Shown here: one piece after another, positions 54,760-64,000 of the stretch
How the letters are laid out: each line of letters starts with the position of its first letter
Position numbering within the stretch: position 1 is the first letter of the stretch
Source: the human T2T-CHM13v2.0 reference genome, Homo sapiens
Assembly: GCF_009914755.1 (NCBI RefSeq)
Contig: NC_060929.1
Reading direction: 5' to 3' (one strand)
DNA: 64,000 nucleotides
Program-made: the position numbers and the translations under genes
Notes under the pieces: model-generated
What the model was told of the DNA's origin: nothing
Database searches by the model: none
Seen by the model: only the letters and a program-made list of their open reading frames with translations

Positions 54760-55385
54760 TAATGTATTTACTTATTTTCATCCTCACTGTCCATCACACT
54801 CCCTCCCTCCCTGTTTCTGCAACAGCTTCCCAATTGGATCTTTTTAAATGCAAATTGGATCCTGTGTTCTTTACTTTAAAATATTTGTATGGCTCGCCAG
54901 TGCCCTGAGTGGTTTAGGGGTTCTTAGCTTTTATCCCTTATTTACTTTTCTAAGTGCATCTGTTACCACTTCCTACAGGTCAGGGTCACGCTTAAGCTCC
55001 TCCCATCCTCAAAGAAGCCTTACTCTCTCGCTTTGCCTTGTCCCTTTTGCCTGAAATCCCCTTCCTCTACTCTACTTTAGCCCCTCCACCATTACCAGAC
55101 TAATCTCTACTCATCCATTAAGGCCCGCTTCAGCCCTCTCCCAAGGGCTGCACTCCACAAACCCCGCCCCCACATGTCTGGTTATTAGCACTTCGCTGTG
55201 CTTACACACCTTCTAGAGGTATCAGAATTATCACACCCCATTGTTAGGACTGGCTGCCTAGCCATCCCACTAGATTGTCAGATGGTAGGGGCAGGCATCA
55301 TGACTATGGGGTTCCTCTTAAATCCCAGTGCTGGGCACGCTGCACGGCATATAGAGCAAGTACTCAAGAAATGTTTCTTGAATTT
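54760..55385 (+). mobile_element. L2 LINE 3' region
   Basis: tttttaaatgcaaattggatc...cccactagattgtcag...cccagtgctgggcacg...tactcaagaaatgtttcttgaat. Confidence 0.75.
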
Positions 55386-55518
55386 AAAAGGTGCCTTTAA
55401 ATCAAATGCCTCTGAAAAGGGAGTTGATAATGCTCCTCATTACCTGAAGTTTAGCTTCATGATCTATGGTCAAAAACATCCAGTTTGGTCCCACCAAACA
55501 TCCAGTTTGGTCCTACCT

Positions 55519-56112
<594 letters not shown>

Positions 56113-56336
56113 TAGCTTTCAGTTTTATCCTGTAAAATTGATTGCTTTGAATTTCTATTGTTAGTAATTAATTGAAAGAATAAGTCTTCATGATAGGTCA
56201 ATAAATATGTTTTATGGATGAAATCCCAGCAGTGCAAATGCAAAACTTGTGTGTTTTAAATTTTAAATGGTTACCAAAATGAAGCCTCCAACTCTACTCA
56301 AACTACAGCTTGCAAAATCAGTAATGAATCCATTAA

Positions 56337-56649
<313 letters not shown>

Positions 56650-56869
56650 ATCCGTTAATTTCTTGACATTGTTTTTCACATGCCTTGTGTCAGCTCCCCT
56701 AGGCATCTACTGAGTCCCACCTAAAACAAAGACTACTCCATACATCTGCAATTTTTCAGCTGAGGTAGAGAAATGGAGAAGCTTACTACTGTTGTAACGT
56801 AGATATATTTGTTCATGTTCACCTTGATCTACTTTTCGACATCACTGGCCAAGGTTTAAATTTAGATTC

Positions 56870-57100
56870 ATCTAATATTTTGTGTGCACACATTGTGCTA
56901 AGAACACTGCTAGATACTTTACATGTATTTTATCTGTAAATATTCAAACTCCAGGAAAAAGTTATTTATTTACTACAGCACCATTATGCAGATGAAGATA
57001 TTGAGGCCCAGAAAGGTTTAAATGTTTATTTAATGCCACACAGCTGTTAAGAATTCAAATCTAAGTTATTGTAACTCCAGTACAAACTCTTTCCTTTATA
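56870..57100 (-). mobile_element. MIR SINE
   Basis: ccattatgcagatgaagatattgaggcccagaaaggttta...ccacacagct. Confidence 0.75.
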
Positions 57101-57558
57101 TTGTGCTACCAAATAAATCCCAGGGACCCTTTGCCCTTTTGGGATAAATATTACCATTATTTTTCTGGTCTTTGTGTCTCATTGGGAACTTGCTGTGAGA
57201 TCCTGAGAGTGTCGCTTAGCTTATGCAGGTGTGACTTACAGCCTGTGTCAACAATCTGGCCCCAAGTAACATGCCAGGTAACAGTTTCAAGCCTGGGTTA
57301 CTTGAAAAGAAGGCTGAGTAGGTTGGTGGGAACTGGGACCAGTCTTATGATGGAGGAATATGCTGTTGCTATTCTTGAAATTCTTTTCCTCCACCCCACT
57401 TCATCCCCTACCCCTTGTTGTTGGCAAGATTTATCTTCAGGTATCCAGGGAAGATGAACTCAAGCTACCTCTCCTCCTTCCCTTCATTTTGTCTAGGTCC
57501 TCAGTCCTGCCTACACACAAGTATTAGATAAGTCTCCCTAATTTTAAATGGAATGGCT

Positions 57559-57890
57559 GGCCAGGCATGATGGCTCACGCCTGTAATCCCAGCACTTTGG
57601 GCGTCTGAGGTGAGAGGATCCCTTGAGGCCAGGAATTCGAGACTGGCCTGAGCAACATTGGGAGACCTCGTCTCTACTAAAAAATAAAAAATAAAAAAAA
57701 TTAACGGCATGGTGGTGCGTGCCTATGGTCCCAACTACTCAGGAGGCTGAGGCAGGAGGATTACTTGAGCCCCAGAGGTCTAGGCTGCAGTGAGCTATGA
57801 TTGCACCACTGCACTCCAGCCTGGGTGACAGTGAAACCCTGTCAAAATAAATAAATAAATGAATGAATGAATGAATGAATGAATGAATGA
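57559..57890 (+). mobile_element. AluJ element with (AATA)/(AATG)n tail
   Basis: ggatcccttgaggccaggaattcgag...ggctgcagtgagctatgattgc J-type features. Confidence 0.93.
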
Positions 57891-58468
57891 AATAGAAAGA
57901 GTGGCTGAGGGAGTATGTGTTTCATTCTGTGTTTTATCTACAGCTCGAGAAGCCTGGAACTCTGTGGTCCTGCACCTCCCCCTACACCCCCCAACAAAAA
58001 TTAGCCTCCAATCAGCTCCTGGAGACAATGTTGGTGGGAACCACAAGGGTTCCTGGGCATGCCCAATCTCTGGCACTGAAGAGGAGATTCAATCAAAATA
58101 AATGTATGCTGTCGAGGCCAGGCTGGCCATATGTTCCTGCCAGGCAGTTGTCAGGAGGAGATATTTGTTACATTCAAATGTGGACACAAGCTCCTACGAA
58201 GGCAAACACTTGTCATTTAAAGGGACATCTGAATATGGCAGCATGTTTCCAGTGATAACCCAATTTCATTTTACAGCCTTTTCCTTCCCTTTCTCTTGGG
58301 CTCTGGGCCTCCTTACCAACACATCCTGTTGGCCAGCCTGCTCTATCACAGCAGTATAGTTGAAAACCTAGGCACAGCTTTCTACCCATAAGTAGCTTTG
58401 TAATATTCCTAGGAGGAACTTCCTTTCTCCCTTCCTCTCCCACATTGCCTCTTTGTCCAGATGTTAAC

Positions 58469-58596
58469 GTGGAAGCATATTGACTGCCTACTTTCAAGCC
58501 CTTAACTCTCTAATTTCACTGATTTCTGTAATAGAAAGAGCTATTATTATTAAGTTTTTATCACAGAGCTAAAGTTTAGTTTTTGCATGTGAATAG
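58469..58596 (+). repeat. Copy 2 of the ~130-bp dispersed direct duplication
   Basis: Aligns to 55519-55648. Confidence 0.92.
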
Positions 58597-61500
58597 ACCA
58601 CTATTCTCCTTCCTGTGTTAGTAACTGCTTTTTAAAGCTCTTGTGTTCTATTAAAATAACAATATAAAATTATGTAAATGTGCTAATTGCTTTATTGAAA
58701 TTAATACCCTTATTTAGCAAGTTAAACCTTGCAAAATGACCATTTTTATTAAAAATTATGGAAGCATGCTGGCTGTTTAAAGGCTAATGTAATTGGGTGA
58801 ACTCAGCAACTGGGAAATGTCAATTAATGAGAGATTGTTAAATAGTATTGTTTAAACAATCAATTTTCTCTTGCAGTTTGGAAAATGGTCCTGATAAAGT
58901 AATAGTGACTATCTAAGGCCTGAAGGAAGGTTTGTGAGTATTTTTTCCCATCTGGTTTTTAGATCTGTTGGATTTTCTTCTGGGTGTGTCAAAATTAGAT
59001 TTGTTTAGTAATAGAAATTTGAACTTGGCAGTTTATAGAAAATCAGGATAGTTCTCCTCTGTGAAGGTCATTTTCTAGCTGGCAATAAATGGCCACATGC
59101 AACCTCTGCCACCAGACCGTGAGCACTTGTTGAAATAGTTGGAGACATCTAATTACTTTCTCCTGAGATGGTTTGCCTTTTTCTTAGAACAGGATTTTGA
59201 GACTATAAAGAGATCTATCTCTCTGCTCTTGATAGTTAGAATTATTGCGTCTCCTTGATAAGATATTGAGTATCCTTCTTATGGGTCTGAGTTTTTTTAG
59301 CTTCTCTACCATTGGAAATAACAATAATGCTTGCCACGAAACCATCTAAAAATCCATCGTCTTTGCAGTAGCCTTCAACCGGAACTACTGATAGCTGTTC
59401 CTGCAGTGCCGTTGTTCTCATTGGAGCATACTACAGAAACCTATTTATGAAAATATCTTGTGGTTTCCAAATAGTTGTAGGAAAGGGAATTTTTGGTCAC
59501 TTATGCAATTTACAGAATTGAGGTCAGTTGAGGATGTTGGGATAGTTCTGACTGGAGCTGTGAAGACAAAGGTATGAGTAATACTCTAGATCTCTAAGCT
59601 CATTTCCAATTGTATATTGTTTGTGAGTCATTGGCTTTGAAAACCAGAGGAGAGGCCCACATTTGAGTTTATCTGTAAACACCCGTTTTTGGTGTCATCC
59701 AGCATTTGAAAGTAATAGTTGTAGGTGGTGGATCATGTTTAATTTCTAGGGCTTTTTGTGAATAGATGATAAAGTGCTCCTTTATTATATGATAAGACAC
59801 AGCTCTCCACTCTCCCTCCCACTCTACTCCCCCGTCATCCTGGAACTAAATCACCAGAGGGTTTAATCTATTTCAATTTTCTTTGTTCACATCAGAGATG
59901 TTTTGGGTTTGTTCTGTGGACTTCTTATGACTAAGAGTATTGATTTTATTAATCCAATTGTTTGTGAACAAAAGCTGGCTTTTTTTATTGCTGGAACTGA
60001 AAATTAGTGACATAAACTCTGATATCTTAAAAGGCTAAACTCACATTTTTCCCCAGAGGCATTTACCAAACTGGCTGTTACATTTATCCTTTCCTCTACT
60101 AAATTTATGCAACATGAACTGCAGGATAATAAGCGTACCAATATACTTAGGTTCCTAAGAGTTTCAACATAATACTTCTCACAGTGAAATCATTGGTTCA
60201 GTTATAAGACACTCCATGCACTATTGAAATACGACCTAGGATGCACCTAGTTTTACTCTGATTTCTGTGTAGATGTGGATGCAAGGATTCTTTTGATTGA
60301 AACATGTCCTTAGTTTCCATGAACAAGGCAATATACACCTGATCATTCCACCCTTGAAAGATGCAAATAATCTTTCACGTTTTATATTAAAACACCAGAT
60401 AAAAACCCCATGCCAGTTGACTAAAATGAGTTTCTACCCTCCAGACAGTTTTTTTTTTTTTTTTTAGTTCTAAGGAAAATAGTTCAATTTTAGCTGTATC
60501 AATAGCGTTTTGAGCGAGATGGAAGATGTTCGCCTCCGTTACAGAGGGAATTTCAGGCATTGCATTGGAGCTGAAATTTGCTGGCACCTGCTGAGTGAGA
60601 TTTTTCTGGCCTGTGCTCTGAGAACATCTTTTATCAAGTGCATGATCATTTATCCAGCTTTTTGAGATCTAAACCAGGTCATTCTTTGATCTTTATCTTA
60701 CTCTGAACTTCCTAATGGTTGAACCCGGTCAGAAGAGGGTGAATCTCAGTCCTCCAGACCCTTCAGGAAGAAAGTCATCCTGTTGGTAGTTTAGTTTTCT
60801 TTGTAACAAAAGCATTTTTTTTTTATTTAACCTATTTTATCACTTGAAAATCTACTATTTTGTTTCTGCCATCCTAGAGTGTGTTTGGTCTAATTGAATC
60901 TCTTCATGGACTCTGGGTGGTCACTAAAGCATCAATTTCTCAGAGGTTTTTTTTTTTTTTTTTTGAAATATTTAAGGCTATTTGCTTGCCTCCAAATGGT
61001 TCCAGACTACTGCATGTAGTTTTTATGTCTTTCTTTGGTAGTATAGCCTTCTCATTTGTTGCTTTCATGCTGTTACCTTGTCACAATGCCTGGCAAAAAG
61101 TAGGTGCTCATTAAATATTTCTTAAATGAATAGATGATAGTATTTTCTCTTCCTTTTCTAATTGCCTACTTCTAATTTGTTGATGTTTTGGAAATCAAGT
61201 AGGCATACATGATAATATTGTGAGCAAATCAAGATTAAACAGTATATAATTGCGGGCTTTAATCCCTTGGAAAGTAAAAAGCCAGGACTTATTTTGTGAT
61301 ACTGATCTTGTGACAACTATTTTGACTACTAAGAGGTGGCTTTTAAAACATGCTTTGTGCTTTGGAACTGAGCTCTGAATCCACAAAAACTGAAATTTTT
61401 GAATTCCAATTAGGTGAGGTATCTTTGTAGTTAGTTTTCCATCCAATGGTCATTACCAACACCTAAGAGTACTCCCAGAAGCAGGCTGTAGAAAAATCAC

Positions 61501-63064
61501 TAGGCCATTACTGTGTTTGTGCTTATTTTAATTAGATTTCTTTTAGATTTTTTAAAGCTGTCCAGGGAGAAAATGTGTCCCTTGTGAATGCAATGTCCAT
61601 TATGTAAAACTTAAGTGCATCAGGGGCTTTGGAAAGTGTAAAATTTATACTTAGGGCCCTGTTTAGTCAATGTGATGAGATTTAAGATCAATTATAGGGG
61701 AAGAAAAGAACTGGATACATTATTGTTTTTAAGAAAACTTAAAAGATGATAAGTATGTTTTTTGTCTCACTGCCAAATGGTTGACAGTTTGCTTTTTTGA
61801 ATTGCAGTGGAGCTTTTTGAGATGTTGGTCAGAGCCACTTCTGCTACTCTCTTATTGTGTTCTGGCTAGAAGTGTTGGGAGGACAAGAAAATTTCTCATT
61901 AGTGACATGTAGTGACACTTCACTTTATTGTGCACGGATGATTTTCTGACAGAGATAGATGACATGGTTCAAGTTTCCAAGAAAATGTTATTCCATCATT
62001 GAATGGGGAAGCTCTGAACCAATCTTTCCGATTTACAAACAGACCATAGATGTGCCAAATATGACAAACTGATACTGAAATGTGGAGCCTTGAAATTGAA
62101 GATGTTTCCTTGTTCATTGTTGGGTATATAAGGTTACAGGTAACTGAGTACATTAACCATGCCATGTGTTCACTTTTCATTAAGTAGTGACGTGGATGGT
62201 GCAAGGTCGATAGAGAAAAGTCTCCATTAGTCTGAATTTTTTGACACTAGATTTTTATTTTCCTATCAGGAAATATTTTTTTCTGGAGCAGAAAGGGCAA
62301 AATAGTTTCCTCCATTTTCTCCAACAGGAGCATCTCCTCAATAGGATTCCTCAGCTTGACTCGCTGGTGTCAAAGAGAAAGGCATATTCCCAGGCAGTGG
62401 CGGAGTTGATTGGTCACCTGCTACCCCTTCCCTTCTGTAACATCCACTAACTCCTCATCTCCTTGCCAATAGTGCCCACTTTCTGTTTGACATCAAGGAA
62501 CTAAATATAGTTAGTTCTGACAGAATGTCTAGTCAGTGCTGTGTCAGTAAATGGTTAATAACAGGCACTGAGGGCCTGAGTGTGGATCTGCTTGTAACAT
62601 CTGATGATTTGATTTCCATGGTGTAAGTATTCTCACTATGACTAATTTCAAGCCACCAAAGTAACATCGAATGTGAAATTAAAAAGAAATACTAACAACT
62701 GGCTCCCATGATCCCATAATACTCAATACCAGCATACTACTACCTCTATTCCAAAGCTGCTGTTTTACATACAAGAAAACTGTGATCTAAAGGAGTGAAG
62801 AGGCTTTTCTGAGATCGCACAAACAGGGTAAGACTTGCGCCAGAGTACCTATCCCCAACTTCTGAAGTTAGTTTTTAATAAGCTGATGATCTGATTTACT
62901 TATGTTTACATATGTAGCTGCTAACTGAAACAAATTTATTTCTTTTAAACGGAAGGGCCCCTTAGGTTCTTTGCTTAAGACCAGAAAACTAGCCAATGTT
63001 TCACAAAGTCAGTATTTTAGACTCTGCTGCCCAGTTTCTGGACAAGAATCCCAGTGTATCTTAA

Positions 63065-63270
63065 TGGAAGCGGCTATCATGTATTGCGTATATATGTGCC
63101 AGTCACTCCATATGCATAGTGCCACAGAACCCACAGGGAAGGCATCATCTTTCTCTCCACATTGCGTATGAGGACACTAAAGTTCAGAGATAGAAACTTA
63201 CCCAAGGTCACGTCTCATACGTACTAAGGAGTGTAGTGAGATCTTGACCCCAGGTTTCCTTGACTTCAGA
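63065..63270 (-). mobile_element. MIR SINE
   Basis: atgaggacactaaagttcagagatag...cccaaggtcac...ttgaccccaggtttccttgacttcaga. Confidence 0.75.
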
Positions 63271-63681
63271 TAACACTTTGCCTTGCACTTGCTGCATTGT
63301 TCTGGAGAGGTCTTATTTCCACTATGTGCTGATGGACTTTGGGGATTTTCTGTAATTTAGGAAATATTTGTGGGAAACAAATTACTGTACCAAATGAAAA
63401 TGCAGATGGAGCAAGGGTTTGATGAACAGGTAGGTAGCTAATAGTATCCATGGCCCTTTGGGGTTCTGATCATAGTTTTTAGTATTTTCCCTGCTACTTC
63501 GTCCCTCATCTCATCTTTGAGATTTGGTAAAGCTAACTGTGAGGACTCACCTGAGAGGACCCACATCTTATCTCAAAGGTCCTTTTAAAAAATAATATGA
63601 GAAATATTCATCCACTTCTAGAACTAACGGTGAATAACCAGTAGTTAAAATCTAAAAAGCAGGCAAAAGGGTTGCATCTTT

Positions 63682-63780
63682 TAAATAAATATAAATAACT
63701 ATATTAATTAGATATAATCATATATAATATATGCAATATATTATATATAAATAATATATAATAAATATATTAATAGTTAA
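63682..63780. repeat. AT-rich low-complexity tract
   Basis: Read directly. Confidence 0.85.
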
Positions 63781-64000
63781 TGACAACAAGGCTGGTTAAA
63801 GCAAAGGCTGCTTCGTTTTATCCTTCTTGTGCCAAACGAATGGCATTCCTATATGATTCCCATAGTTTGCCAGTGTGTTCTATCTACATTATTTGGAGTG
63901 AGTCTGCAGCTTTCAGTACTGTGGTCTGCATTAAAGTGGGATGATTAGCATAATCTATACTGCACCCTTAAGAATATGGGGGCAATTAAACACTGAGCTT

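Overview
This is primate (very probably human) non-coding genomic DNA, intronic or intergenic. It is AT-rich, CpG-depleted and dominated by interspersed repeats: 13 Alu copies (J, S and Y types, many with readable target-site duplications), old L1M, L2 and MIR fragments, MaLR and ERVL solo LTRs, hAT/Tc1-mariner DNA transposon relics and many microsatellites. I can support no protein-coding gene, RNA gene, CRISPR array or prokaryotic element. The supplied ORFs are Alu-, microsatellite- or chance-derived. I could not identify the host locus and found no clearly novel biological system. The best leads are: a diverged ~130-bp non-TE direct duplication 2.95 kb apart with a complex junction, a perfect DR4 nuclear-receptor element, a strong CTCF site with local CpG retention, a possible twin-priming L1 inversion, a single-monomer chimeric Alu with TSDs, close inverted Alu pairs, and a few candidate non-coding exons. 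Repeat family calls are by eye from remembered consensus sequences, and boundaries of old elements are approximate.
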